Source: Clostridia bacterium (GTDB taxonomy: Bacteria; Bacillota; Clostridia; Oscillospirales; CAG-382). Taken from it: DNA of 63,099 nt. Within the stretch, counting starts at the first letter, position 1. Each line of letters starts with the position of its first letter. The stretch spans positions 1 to 63,099 of the forward strand of contig JAFOBR010000010.1 of the NCBI GenBank assembly GCA_017381715.1. The letters run 5' to 3'. Shown one piece after another: positions 1 through 9,188 of this stretch. The notes below the pieces were generated by a model. That model saw only the letters and a program-made list of their open reading frames with translations. It was not told where the DNA came from and did no database searches. Made by a program: the position numbers and the translations under genes.

Positions 1-762
1 CGTAACTCCTTCGGTAATTTCGGAAATATTGTTGAAATGCAGATGTCCTGCCAGCACTGCCGCAACAAGCGAGGCGTTTTCTTTTATCAGTTCAATAAAC
101 TTTATATTCTCTTCGGGGCAACCGTCGTAATTAAGCTGGAAATACGCGCCTGCCTTTATCAGCGCATCTCTGTTTCCTTCCGTCATAATGGGAATGTGGA
201 AAGCAATAACCACCGCTTTTTGCTTTTTAAACGTATCCGAAAGAGCATTTAACTGTTTTTCGGTTATGATGCGCTTTGAATTGTCGAATCCGATGATAAC
301 GAGATCATCAAATTCTACTGTCTGTATGTCTTTGCCCAAAGCGGAAACAAAGCCTGCTTCGGGAATTTCGTTGGGTTTTTCGTGGTTGCCGCAAACAGAA
401 ACAAAGGGACATTCAAGGCTTGCAAACCCTTTTTCGGCAATACGAAGATTAGCACCGCTTACGTAATCGAGAATATCTCCCGCCATAACTAAGGCGTCAC
501 CTTTTGAAGAAAGCGCAATCAGATTTTCAAAATGCTCTTTTCCGCTTATCTTCTGAGCCTCTTCATAAGGCTCGTTATATGCGGATGCAAAACCGCTTCT
601 TACGTTTTCCCAGGCAGCTGTCTGTTTTATCGCTCTTTCTTTTTCAGCCTCATCGGAAAGAGAATCGTATTCGGTAAGATGGGTATCACTGAAATGATAT
701 ATAACCTTCTTTTTTACACCTTTGAAAGGTATGTTGAACTTATGCAGAATAATATTGTCCAT
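1..762 (-). CDS. Calcineurin-like metallophosphoesterase (3' end runs off the window)
   Basis: Not in the ORF track. Manual minus-strand translation from ATG at 762 (SD GAGGTG upstream): MDNIILHKFN...FSDTHL...MAGDILDY...CGNHE...FHIP...LAGHLH, all five metallophosphoesterase motifs. Confidence 0.85.
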   Translation of the reverse strand, partial: MDNIILHKFNIPFKGVKKKVIYHFSDTHLTEYDSLSDEAEKERAIKQTAAWENVRSGFASAYNEPYEEAQKISGKEHFENLIALSSKGDALVMAGDILDYVSGANLRIAEKGFASLECPFVSVCGNHEKPNEIPEAGFVSALGKDIQTVEFDDLVIIGFDNSKRIITEKQLNALSDTFKKQKAVVIAFHIPIMTEGNRDALIKAGAYFQLNYDGCPEENIKFIELIKENASLVAAVLAGHLHFNNISEITEGVT

Positions 763-789
763 TTTATACACCTCGCTTTAATATGTCAA

Positions 790-818
790 ATTATAACACG
801 GATTTTTTCTTAATACAA
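790..818 (-). promoter_or_regulatory. sigA-type promoter of the metallophosphoesterase gene
   Basis: TTGTAT-N17-TATAAT with extended TG on the minus strand. Confidence 0.55.
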
Positions 819-825
819 GTTAAAA

Positions 826-854
826 TTGACATTTGTTACAATATATGTTATTAT
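826..854 (+). promoter_or_regulatory. sigA-type promoter of the GH26 operon
   Basis: TTGACA-N17-TATTAT with extended TG; GGAGGA SD at 901. Confidence 0.65.
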
Positions 855-910
855 ATATACCGCAATAAAAGTAACGGGGTATAAACCCGTAGTAATATTC
901 GGAGGATATT

Positions 911-2788
911 ATGAAGAAAATTTTCGCTTTGATCTTGCTTGTCTTAATGCTTCTTCCTGCAATATCTGCCTGCACGGAAGGCGGTTCACAGACAAGTGAT
1001 GAAGTATCAAACCTTGAGGAGAGTGAAGTTTTGGTAACAGATAAAAATGCCGCTTCGTTCTGGAATGAAGCTTACGCAGATTCCGAAAAGGGAATAGACA
1101 CTGCAGAAAAGGTTTATTCTCTCGGCGTATTTGCAGACGGTAAGTCTTTGGGCTCGGTTGCAAGTGCAGAGGGCAAGGATCTTCGCTATCTTTTCGGTGG
1201 GGACGGATATACCCGTGCAGTAAACCTTCCCGAAGGATACTGCCTTACTCTTCCCGGCGGTAAAGTTCAGGCTGATTTCAGTATTGGCGCGCTTCGTTCC
1301 CAGTATTTTACCGATGAATATTGCCTTACCCTTACATACGAGGATCAGAACCCTTACGGTGACCACGAAAGCGGTCTTGAGCTTTATCTCCATGAGTGGC
1401 TGACGGAGCAGTTTGCAGACGTTAAGTTTCTTTCCGCTAACAATCTTCGCCGTACAAGACAGCCTATTACCAATGATACGGAAATGTTCCCCGGATATTC
1501 CGTTACTCTTCACAGCATAACCATAAACCTTCCCCTTAAGATAGAGATGCCTTATTATAACATCGCTATTGTCCGTCCTGTTGATACCTACGAATACTTC
1601 TATCTGTTCGTATTCAAATCCGTGGATGAAATGCACGAAGATTTTGATGCTATGCTCAAATCCTTCCGTGAAATAGAAAAAAGCGGTACTCCCGTTAACG
1701 GTCAGGGCAAGTTTGAATGTAATATTCCCGAATTCTGGAACGAGGAAACCAAGGCGTATTACGAAAAGCTTTGTAATCAGGAACACGTGGATTGGGGCGC
1801 ATTTTATCAGGGCAACGATTCCGATTACGTGGATTGGCTTGCAAGCGAAGAAGCTCTTGATTACGATATGGACGTTTATATGACATATCTCCACATGGGC
1901 TGGTATGATTCCGAATCCACCTTTGAAGAAAGCATTAAGCCCCGCGCAGAAAAGCATGCAGGCGGTAACGGCTTTAATGGCAAGCCTGTGCTTATGTTTA
2001 CGTATCAGTGGACATATACCAACAACGCGGCAAACGGATATACTCCCATGTATGATATTCTCCGCGGCAAAATGGACAAAAAGTTCGTTGAACTTGCCCA
2101 GTCTATAAAGGAATACGGCAAGCCCGTTCTCTTCCGTCTTTGCAACGAAATGAACACTGACTGGACTGATTACTGCGGTATGCTTTCACTTGTAGACCCC
2201 GATATCTTCCAGATGTGCTGGGAGCGTATGTACAATATTTTCCGCGAGCAGGGCGTTGATAACTGTATCTGGATATTCAATCCCATTGCTACAAGCTGTC
2301 CTTACTCCAACTGGGGTAATGAGCTTTGCTATGTTCCCGATATCGAATGTGTACAGATGTACGGCGTAACCAATTACGAAATGAACAACGGAAACACCGT
2401 TAAATCCTTTAAGGAAATGTATACTCAGGTTTATAACAACGGTATGCCTTATTTTGATGATTATCCTTGGTGTATCGGCGAATTTGCTTGCGGTGCCGGC
2501 GGTGAATATTACTTCGATTGGGGCACCAACGGATATATCAAATCCGAGCTTGGCAGAAACGAAAATCTGCAGGCTAAATGGATCGAAGAAATGTTCAAAT
2601 GCTTTGAAAAGGACGAAGAGTTCTGCAAGCGTATTAAGGTTGCGGTTTGGTTCTCCGCCAATGACTATGCTACCGTTAACGATACCAGCGTTATAACCAA
2701 TTATCTTAAACTTGATGAAAATCTTCCCAAGACACTTGAAGCGTTCAGAAAAGGTCTTGCGGAAATGAAGAAGGATACGTTAGAATGA
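911..2788 (+). CDS. Lipoprotein with C-terminal glycoside hydrolase family 26-like domain
   Basis: Lipobox ISAC after a hydrophobic signal; RLCNEMNTDW (acid/base Glu) and WCIGEFA (nucleophile) motifs; VWF near the C-terminus. Confidence 0.75.
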   Translation: MKKIFALILLVLMLLPAISACTEGGSQTSDEVSNLEESEVLVTDKNAASFWNEAYADSEKGIDTAEKVYSLGVFADGKSLGSVASAEGKDLRYLFGGDGYTRAVNLPEGYCLTLPGGKVQADFSIGALRSQYFTDEYCLTLTYEDQNPYGDHESGLELYLHEWLTEQFADVKFLSANNLRRTRQPITNDTEMFPGYSVTLHSITINLPLKIEMPYYNIAIVRPVDTYEYFYLFVFKSVDEMHEDFDAMLKSFREIEKSGTPVNGQGKFECNIPEFWNEETKAYYEKLCNQEHVDWGAFYQGNDSDYVDWLASEEALDYDMDVYMTYLHMGWYDSESTFEESIKPRAEKHAGGNGFNGKPVLMFTYQWTYTNNAANGYTPMYDILRGKMDKKFVELAQSIKEYGKPVLFRLCNEMNTDWTDYCGMLSLVDPDIFQMCWERMYNIFREQGVDNCIWIFNPIATSCPYSNWGNELCYVPDIECVQMYGVTNYEMNNGNTVKSFKEMYTQVYNNGMPYFDDYPWCIGEFACGAGGEYYFDWGTNGYIKSELGRNENLQAKWIEEMFKCFEKDEEFCKRIKVAVWFSANDYATVNDTSVITNYLKLDENLPKTLEAFRKGLAEMKKDTLE

Positions 2789-3438
2789 TACTTTATATTA
2801 TAAGACACGCAGACCCCGATTACGCAAACAATACTATTACCGAATTCGGCTGGGAAGAAGCAAATGCTCTCGGCGAATGGATGAAGGATGTTAAAATAGA
2901 CCGTATTTACTCTTCTCCTCTTGGAAGAGCCTTGGATACGGCGGCTCCCACCTGCAAGGAAAAAGGACTTGAGCCCATAATTCTTCCTTGGACGGCAGAG
3001 AGTATGGATTATATGGATTCTCACCGTTTTACTCCCGAAAGCAACTGCTCGTACAGCTTTTCTCTCCAGAAGGGCATTTACGATTTCAAGGATAACTTTG
3101 AAGACAACCGTATGGCAACCGTAGAGAATATGGTAAAGAATTCAGATGAATTCTTAGCTTCATGCGGTTATTCCAGAGAGGGCGCTTTCTACCGCATAAC
3201 AAATCATAACGATGACAGTATTGCAGTATTCTGCCACGGCGGTTTCGGTTGTGCCTGGATTGCACATTTGCTTAACACCGCCCCCGCGGCAATGTACCCC
3301 GGAATTTCTCTTAACACTACCAGCGTTACCACATTTGTTTTCCGTAATTCGGATAACGGTTTCACCCGTCCTTGCCTCAAGCGTCTGGGCGAAATCGACC
3401 ATATCCGCCGTGCGGGACTCAGAATTAATAACAGATAA
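2785..3438 (+). CDS. Histidine phosphatase (phosphoglycerate mutase-like)
   Basis: IRHA, YSSPLGRA and VFCHGG motifs; ATGA overlap with the upstream gene. Confidence 0.85.
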   Translation: MILYIIRHADPDYANNTITEFGWEEANALGEWMKDVKIDRIYSSPLGRALDTAAPTCKEKGLEPIILPWTAESMDYMDSHRFTPESNCSYSFSLQKGIYDFKDNFEDNRMATVENMVKNSDEFLASCGYSREGAFYRITNHNDDSIAVFCHGGFGCAWIAHLLNTAPAAMYPGISLNTTSVTTFVFRNSDNGFTRPCLKRLGEIDHIRRAGLRINNR

Positions 3439-3449
3439 AGGAGCACGCC

Positions 3450-4397
3450 ATGCGTAAATTAGCGGCTGTATTATTAATTATGTTGTTTTTTACAATGCCT
3501 CTTACCGTAAGCGCTGCGGGAAATATAAAGGAAACCGCAGGAAAATTTACTTACACTAACGATACTACTACTCTGCCTTACCGTCTCATTTTGCCCGAAA
3601 ACTATGATGAAAGCAAAGAATATTCCCTTCTTTTCTTCTTCCACGGAGCAGGGGAGAGAGGTAACGATAACGAGAAGCAGTTCTTCCACTGCGTTCAGTA
3701 TCTGGCAGACCATATGCCCGAAACAATTATCGTAGCACCCCAGTGCCCTGAAGGACAACAGTGGGTTGATACACCTTGGTCCTTAGGCGCATATTCTATT
3801 GAAGAAGTACCTGAATCCGACGAAATGATCGCGGTTATGGAGCTTTTGGATGAGCTTAAGGAAAAATATTCCGTTGATACAGACCGTATCTACGCCGCAG
3901 GTATCTCTATGGGCGGATTCGGCACGTGGGATATTATGATGCGCCATAACGATGTGTTTGCCGCAGGTATTCCCGTTTGCGGCGGCGGAGATCCTTCCCA
4001 GGCAGAGAATCTTGTAGATGTTCCCTTGTTTGTCTTCCACGGCGATAAAGACGATGCGGTTCCCGTTTCCGGCTCCCGCGATACCGTTCAGGCAATAAAG
4101 GACGCAGGCGGAACAAAGGTTGAATACGTTGAGTACGCAGGCGCAGGCCACGGCATATGGAATAATGCATTTGCCACCGAAGGACTTTTGGAAAAACTCC
4201 TTCAGCAACGCCTTTCCGACCGTATTCCCGTTGAAGAATCCTCCGAAGAGCCCTCTGCCGAAGTAAGCGAAACTTCTGAAAAATCCGATAGCGGAAACGG
4301 CGGTTTCCTGAATTATGCACACCTCGTTCCCATTATCGCCGCAGTTGTAATCTCTATCGGTCTGGTTATATACACCATAATCAAATATAAAAAGTAA
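3450..4397 (+). CDS. Membrane-anchored alpha/beta hydrolase (esterase / COG4099-like predicted peptidase)
   Basis: Signal peptide, FFHGAGE, GISMGG nucleophile elbow, HGDKDDAV, GAGH; C-terminal TM helix followed by KYKK. Confidence 0.8.
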   Translation: MRKLAAVLLIMLFFTMPLTVSAAGNIKETAGKFTYTNDTTTLPYRLILPENYDESKEYSLLFFFHGAGERGNDNEKQFFHCVQYLADHMPETIIVAPQCPEGQQWVDTPWSLGAYSIEEVPESDEMIAVMELLDELKEKYSVDTDRIYAAGISMGGFGTWDIMMRHNDVFAAGIPVCGGGDPSQAENLVDVPLFVFHGDKDDAVPVSGSRDTVQAIKDAGGTKVEYVEYAGAGHGIWNNAFATEGLLEKLLQQRLSDRIPVEESSEEPSAEVSETSEKSDSGNGGFLNYAHLVPIIAAVVISIGLVIYTIIKYKK

Positions 4398-4403
4398 AGT
4401 ATA

Positions 4404-4449
4404 AAAAACTTACGCCCCGTTTCATACGGGGCGTAAGTTTTGCTTTTTT
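4404..4449. terminator. Bidirectional intrinsic terminator
   Basis: AAAACTTACGCCCCGT-TTCAT-ACGGGGCGTAAGTTTT between convergent genes. Confidence 0.85.
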
Positions 4450-4466
4450 GATGAATTATTAGAAAG

Positions 4467-5012
4467 TTACGATATTATCAAATTTTCCGGATTATTGTAA
4501 CATATATTTTGAACTTCATCCAGTTGAACATAATACATTATATCTTCTTTTGTTGCAAAAAGATAGATAGAAGGAATGTAACTGTTTACAAATGAAACTC
4601 TGTCTTTATTCTTAACGTAAGCGGAAATAAAATCGTTGTTTTTCTTGGTTTGTTCTGCTTTTAATATTTTGTTTTTTTCTGATTGTAAAAACTGTCGTAT
4701 CTGCAAAATTTCTTCGTTGTTTTTTTCTGGAAATTCCTTTTCAAAAAGTTCGTCGTCTTGAAAAATCTCCCAGTCCAATCCGGTTTTTTCTTTAAACTTT
4801 TTTAAAACTAAACTTTCATCTACTCCGCACAGCAATATATTAACGGGAATCAATTCATTATCTTTTGCGCTTTGCATATATTCCCAAAGGGAGCTTTCAA
4901 TCTTCTCGGGACGCACAGTCGTTTTTTCTGCAAGTGTTTGCGTGAACATCGCTGTTGCAAAAAGTGTAGACAAAATAATACATATCCAAAATCTTAAGCT
5001 CTTTGTCTTCAT
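4467..5012 (-). CDS. Secreted hypothetical protein, possibly resembling a subtilase propeptide (I9-like)
   Basis: Start moved to ATG 5012 (AAAGGA SD); signal peptide MKTKSLRFWICII...TLA. Confidence 0.55.
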   Translation of the reverse strand: MKTKSLRFWICIILSTLFATAMFTQTLAEKTTVRPEKIESSLWEYMQSAKDNELIPVNILLCGVDESLVLKKFKEKTGLDWEIFQDDELFEKEFPEKNNEEILQIRQFLQSEKNKILKAEQTKKNNDFISAYVKNKDRVSFVNSYIPSIYLFATKEDIMYYVQLDEVQNICYNNPENLIIS

Positions 5013-5041
5013 AAAAAAGTCCTTTCTTAAATAGTATTTTT

Positions 5042-5572
5042 CTATTCTTTGGCAGCTAATGATAAAATTATTGCCAAATTGTTCGGGCATTTAATTTCTT
5101 TTAGTTGTTTTCGGGTTAGGAAAACAATTCCACTATCAAGATACTCTTCTTTTACTCCGAGCGGTAAAACAAAATCTCTGTAAATTATTTCTTTTGATAA
5201 TCCTGTAGTTTCGGTAACAAAAACAGCAAAAACACATTCATCATCAGCTACCGACGGTTTATTTTGCTCAGACGGTGTCAGTGTGATAACGGCGTTTTGT
5301 AGCGAATCGGTAAAAACAACTTTTCCCATTGAAGCGTGTTTATAGCATTCTTCAATTTCGTGAATATTCGGATTCTCATTCCAAATCACGTTATTCTGCT
5401 TTGATAAAATATTTGCAGTGAATCCGATAGAGATGATCGCTAAAACAGCGCACGCAGAAGCCCATAGGTATATGCGCAGTTTTCTTCGTTTATAGAGATT
5501 CTTTGTGCAACATTCGGTGATAAATTCATCGTTTATATTACCGATTGCTGACATAATCTGTTCTTTGATCAT
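5042..5572 (-). CDS. Putative anti-sigma factor (single TM)
   Basis: N-terminal AIGNINDEFITE motif typical of clostridial ECF-associated proteins; TM helix; overlaps the sigma gene stop. Confidence 0.65.
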   Translation of the reverse strand: MIKEQIMSAIGNINDEFITECCTKNLYKRRKLRIYLWASACAVLAIISIGFTANILSKQNNVIWNENPNIHEIEECYKHASMGKVVFTDSLQNAVITLTPSEQNKPSVADDECVFAVFVTETTGLSKEIIYRDFVLPLGVKEEYLDSGIVFLTRKQLKEIKCPNNLAIILSLAAKE

Positions 5573-6126
5573 ATAACCACTCCTTTGCTTTCCAAATGTT
5601 TTTTTAATTGAGCTTTAACTCTGGTTAACCGTATCCTCACGGCGCCGTTTTTAATCCCAAGGAACTTTGCTATATCTTCATAGGAATCCAAGTACCAAAA
5701 ACGCCGTACAAAAATGTATCTGTTTGTTTTGTTTAATGTGCTTAAAAACTCATCTATATAACTTGCTAATTCCGCTTCCGAAACCGTATCCTCCACCGTT
5801 TCAGGTGAACACAAAAAGTCTTCGATTTCATCAAGGCAAAGCTCGTAATTTCCTTTTCTTTTTTTCGTCGTATTACGTTTGCGTACATTGAGAGCAATAT
5901 TGCGTGTGATACGAAAAACGTAAGAGGATAGAGGGTTCGGTTTGTTTGGCGGTATGGAATTCCAAACGCCCAAAAATGTGTCATTTACGCATTCTTCCGC
6001 TTCTTGATAATCATTGAGCACGTTCATGGCGATCTTCATACAAGTGGTGCGATATTTCTTTTCCATTGCGCCCAATGCAGTTTCACAACGCAGAAATAAA
6101 AGTTCAATTATTTTGCTGTCTTCCAT
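5569..6126 (-). CDS. ECF RNA polymerase sigma-70 factor
   Basis: MEDSKIIEL..AEECVNDTFLGVW (region 2), RRFWYLDSYEDIA..GAVRIRLTR (region 4); AAGGAGG SD before ATG 6126. Confidence 0.9.
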   Translation of the reverse strand: MEDSKIIELLFLRCETALGAMEKKYRTTCMKIAMNVLNDYQEAEECVNDTFLGVWNSIPPNKPNPLSSYVFRITRNIALNVRKRNTTKKRKGNYELCLDEIEDFLCSPETVEDTVSEAELASYIDEFLSTLNKTNRYIFVRRFWYLDSYEDIAKFLGIKNGAVRIRLTRVKAQLKKHLESKGVVI

Positions 6127-6194
6127 TTGCCCCTCCTTTGTATTTGCCTTCATTAATAATCTCAATAAAAAACAAGTTTTGTTACATATATTTT

Positions 6195-6242
6195 AAAAAA
6201 GTGCGTACACCTTTTTGAGTACGCACTTGCTTTTTGTTTTTT
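6195..6242 (-). terminator. Intrinsic terminator after the GNAT gene
   Basis: AAGTGCGTAC...GTACGCACTT stem with flanking A/T tracts. Confidence 0.6.
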
Positions 6243-6828
6243 ATTGCCATCGTCCCTCGCGCTTGTGCAAAAAATACCCGAAATCAAAGCGAATTTCGTG
6301 TCTTTCAACGTCAAGATTGGTATAACAGCAGGTATCGTAGCCTATAAGCTCAAAGCCTTGGCTCAGGTAAAACGCTATCGCTCTTACGTTGCAGGATTGG
6401 GTTTCCAGAATGATAGCTCTTCTGCCTTGGAGCTTTGCCTGTTCCTTGGCGAAATTCATTAATTTCGTGCCTATGCCTTGTCTGTGAAGCTTATCCGCAA
6501 CCCAAAGCTCGGTTACCATAAGACGGTTGCTCCATTCCTCGGGACAAAGCTCAATGCAGGCAAGCAATTCTTTTTTACCGTCCTGCTCGCATACTATTCC
6601 GTAAGCATCTGCTTTTTCCCAATGGTCCTGATACAAACTGTCCGGAAAATCGTATTCTTCGGGTGAATGAGTTACGGGAGATTTAAATTGCTTTTTAACC
6701 ATTTTGACATTAAAACCGTTGCTGTCAACCGTTGTTTCAAGATCATAGTATTCTTCCGTAGTATATCTGATCATTATCGGAGTGCCTTTCCAGTTTTCCT
6801 TGGGAAGGTGAATAATTTCGTAGTTCAT
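6241..6828 (-). CDS. GNAT family N-acetyltransferase
   Basis: LHRQGIGTKLM acetyl-CoA motif, LETQSCNVRAIAFY..GF; start refined to ATG 6828 (GAGGA SD). Confidence 0.85.
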   Translation of the reverse strand: MNYEIIHLPKENWKGTPIMIRYTTEEYYDLETTVDSNGFNVKMVKKQFKSPVTHSPEEYDFPDSLYQDHWEKADAYGIVCEQDGKKELLACIELCPEEWSNRLMVTELWVADKLHRQGIGTKLMNFAKEQAKLQGRRAIILETQSCNVRAIAFYLSQGFELIGYDTCCYTNLDVERHEIRFDFGYFLHKREGRWQ

Positions 6829-6855
6829 AATATTTATCCTCATAAAATATACATA

Positions 6856-6886
6856 AGGCACTGCATATACGCTGCAGTGCCTTTTA
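6856..6886 (-). terminator. Hairpin after tyrS (probable terminator)
   Basis: AAGGCACTGCA-TATACGC-TGCAGTGCCTT. Confidence 0.55.
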
Positions 6887-6921
6887 CGTGTTCTGTCGGT
6901 TATATGCGTTAATTAAAAGTT

Positions 6922-8142
6922 TTAAAAGGTTACCTTGTGGAATACCTTCTTACCCTTTTTGATCTTAACGCTTTCGGAAATAAGAGCAGCGGAAACCTTG
7001 TGGTTTACGTTTGCAACCTTTTCGCCGTTAACGGAGATACCGCCCTGCTCGACAAGACGTCTTGCTTCGCCTCTGCTGGAAGCCAGCTTACATGCCACGA
7101 GAAGGTCTATAATACCGATACCGTCTTCGCCTATCATATCTGCGGTAAGAACGGTAGTGGGCATATTGGAATCATCACCTTCACCGGAGAAAAGCGCAGC
7201 TGCGGTCGCCTTTGCCTTGTCTGCTTCTTCTTTGCCGTGAACGAGCTCGGTAAGGCTGTATGCCAGAACTTCCTTCTTTTCGTTAATACGGCTGTCTTCC
7301 CATTTATCCATTTCCGCGATCTCTTCAACGGGGATAAAGGTGAGCATACGGATACACTTCATAACGTCAGCATCGTCAACGTTACGCCAGTACTGGTAGA
7401 AATCAAAGGGAGTGGTCTTTTCGGGGTCGAGCCATACTGCGCCCTTTGCGGTCTTACCCATCTTCTTGCCCTCGCTGTTAAGGAGCAGGGTAATGGTCAT
7501 TGCAAAAGCGTCCTTGCCCGTCTTTTTACGTATAAGCTCGGTACCTGCCAGCATATTGCTCCACTGGTCATCGCCGCCGAACTGCATATTACAGCCGTAA
7601 TGCTCGTTGAGATAATAGAAGTCATACGCCTGCATTATCATATAGTTGAATTCAAAGAAGCTGAGTCCTTTTTCCATTCTCTGCTTGTAGCATTCTGCGC
7701 GGAGCATATTGTTAACAGAGAAGCAAGCACCTACTTCACGAAGCAGTTCGATATAATTAAGGCTGAGCAGCCAATCTGCATTATTTACAACGATAGCCTT
7801 GTCTTCACCGAATTCAATAAATTTGCCGATCTGCTTTAAAAACTTATCGCAGTTGCTCTTAATGGTTTCAGGAGACATCATCTGGCGCATATCGGTTCTT
7901 CCGGAAGGGTCACCCACAAAGCCGGTGCCGCCGCCAAGCAGTACAACAGGCTTGTTGCCTGCCATCTGAAGGCGCTTCATAAGGCAGAGTGCCATAAAGT
8001 GTCCTACGTGGAGAGAATCCGCGGTAGGGTCAAAGCCAATATAAAATCTCGCGCCGCCGCTGTTTACCAGATCGCGTATTTCTTTTTCATCCGTTACCTG
8101 CGCAATAAGTCCTCTTGCCTGCAGTTCTTCATAAATGTTCAT
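6922..8142 (-). CDS. tyrS: Tyrosine--tRNA ligase
   Basis: YIGFDPTADSLHVGH (HIGH), QFGGDDQW, KMGKT (KMSKS), C-terminal S4 domain; start MNIYEE at 8142 with GGAGGT SD. Confidence 0.97.
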   Translation of the reverse strand: MNIYEELQARGLIAQVTDEKEIRDLVNSGGARFYIGFDPTADSLHVGHFMALCLMKRLQMAGNKPVVLLGGGTGFVGDPSGRTDMRQMMSPETIKSNCDKFLKQIGKFIEFGEDKAIVVNNADWLLSLNYIELLREVGACFSVNNMLRAECYKQRMEKGLSFFEFNYMIMQAYDFYYLNEHYGCNMQFGGDDQWSNMLAGTELIRKKTGKDAFAMTITLLLNSEGKKMGKTAKGAVWLDPEKTTPFDFYQYWRNVDDADVMKCIRMLTFIPVEEIAEMDKWEDSRINEKKEVLAYSLTELVHGKEEADKAKATAAALFSGEGDDSNMPTTVLTADMIGEDGIGIIDLLVACKLASSRGEARRLVEQGGISVNGEKVANVNHKVSAALISESVKIKKGKKVFHKVTF

Positions 8143-8166
8143 AAGTGAGTTACCTCCGATATTAGT

Positions 8167-8194
8167 AAAAAAGCCCGACATAGTGTCGGGCTTT
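8167..8194 (-). terminator. Intrinsic terminator between the SPFH gene and tyrS
   Basis: AAAGCCCGACA-CTA-TGTCGGGCTTT followed by a U-tract on the minus strand. Confidence 0.75.
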
Positions 8195-8215
8195 CTGTTT
8201 AGTCCGATTTGTTTA

Positions 8216-8244
8216 ACTATAACACAACGGACATATTTTGTCAA
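8216..8244 (-). promoter_or_regulatory. sigA promoter upstream of the tyrS leader
   Basis: TTGACA-N17-TATAGT with extended TG. Confidence 0.7.
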
Positions 8245-8248
8245 GTTT

Positions 8249-9184
8249 TTACTGCTTTTGTTCGCTTACGGTTTCAACAACGGATTTAGCAAGTCCCGCA
8301 ACTCCCTGTATTTCGGAAGGTATAATAATTTTCGTAGCGTTTCCGTCTGCTGCTTTAACAAAGGCTTCCAGCTTTTGAATGGTAAGATATCCGTCGCCGG
8401 GATTGGATTGGTTAATAAGCTCAATAGCTTCTGCTTTTGCTTTTTGCACCTGACGTATAGCCTCCGCTTCACCTTCGGCTTCTCTTATCTTTGCCTCTTT
8501 AATCGCTTCAGCTCGCAGGATAGCGGCTTCTTTTTCACCTTGTGCAGCAAGGATCTGGCTTTCTTTCTGACCTTCTGCCACAAGTATTTTACTTGCTTTT
8601 TCACCTTCGGCACGGAGAATGGATTCACGTCTTTGACGTTCTGCTTTCATTTGCTTTTCCATTGCATCCTGAATTTCGTGAGGGGGAATAATGTTTTTAA
8701 GCTCAACGCGGTTAACCTTTATGCCCCAAGGATCGGTGGCTTCATCCAGAATAACTCTTATTTTGGAGTTAATGGTATCTCTTGAAGTAAGTGTGTGGTC
8801 AAGCTCCATTTCGCCGATAATGTTACGAAGGGTTGTAGCCGTAAGGTTTTCAATAGCACTTACGGGACGCTCAACACCGTATGTGAACATTTTCGGGTCA
8901 GTGATAGCGTAGAATACTACCGTGTCGATCTGCATGGTTACGTTATCCTTGGTAATAACAGCCTGCGGTGCAAAATCAACAACCTGTTCCTTAAGGGAAA
9001 CAACCTTTGCTATCTTTTCAAAAAAAGGAATTTTAAAATGTATTCCCGTCTGCCAAGTGGTGTGATAAACGCCCAGACGCTGAATAACGTAAGCCTGAGA
9101 TTGGGGAACTATCTTGATGTTTGCAATTATAACTCCCAAAAAGAATATAACGATTCCTATTCCCAGTAATGCGTAAGGTCCCAT
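8249..9184 (-). CDS. SPFH/Band 7 stomatin-like protein (QmcA family)
   Basis: N-terminal TM, ITKDNV, LRNIIGEMELD, WGIKVNRVE, AERQRRE coiled coil. Confidence 0.93.
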   Translation of the reverse strand: MGPYALLGIGIVIFFLGVIIANIKIVPQSQAYVIQRLGVYHTTWQTGIHFKIPFFEKIAKVVSLKEQVVDFAPQAVITKDNVTMQIDTVVFYAITDPKMFTYGVERPVSAIENLTATTLRNIIGEMELDHTLTSRDTINSKIRVILDEATDPWGIKVNRVELKNIIPPHEIQDAMEKQMKAERQRRESILRAEGEKASKILVAEGQKESQILAAQGEKEAAILRAEAIKEAKIREAEGEAEAIRQVQKAKAEAIELINQSNPGDGYLTIQKLEAFVKAADGNATKIIIPSEIQGVAGLAKSVVETVSEQKQ

Positions 9185-9188
9185 AAAA

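Noticed and set aside
1007-1957. 316-aa antisense ORF
   Set aside because: Shadow of the GH26 gene, with no motifs or SD
6937-7839. 300-aa antisense ORF
   Set aside because: Shadow of tyrS
8143-8248. T-box riboswitch upstream of tyrS
   Set aside because: Only about 100 bp are available, with no T-box consensus or Stem I
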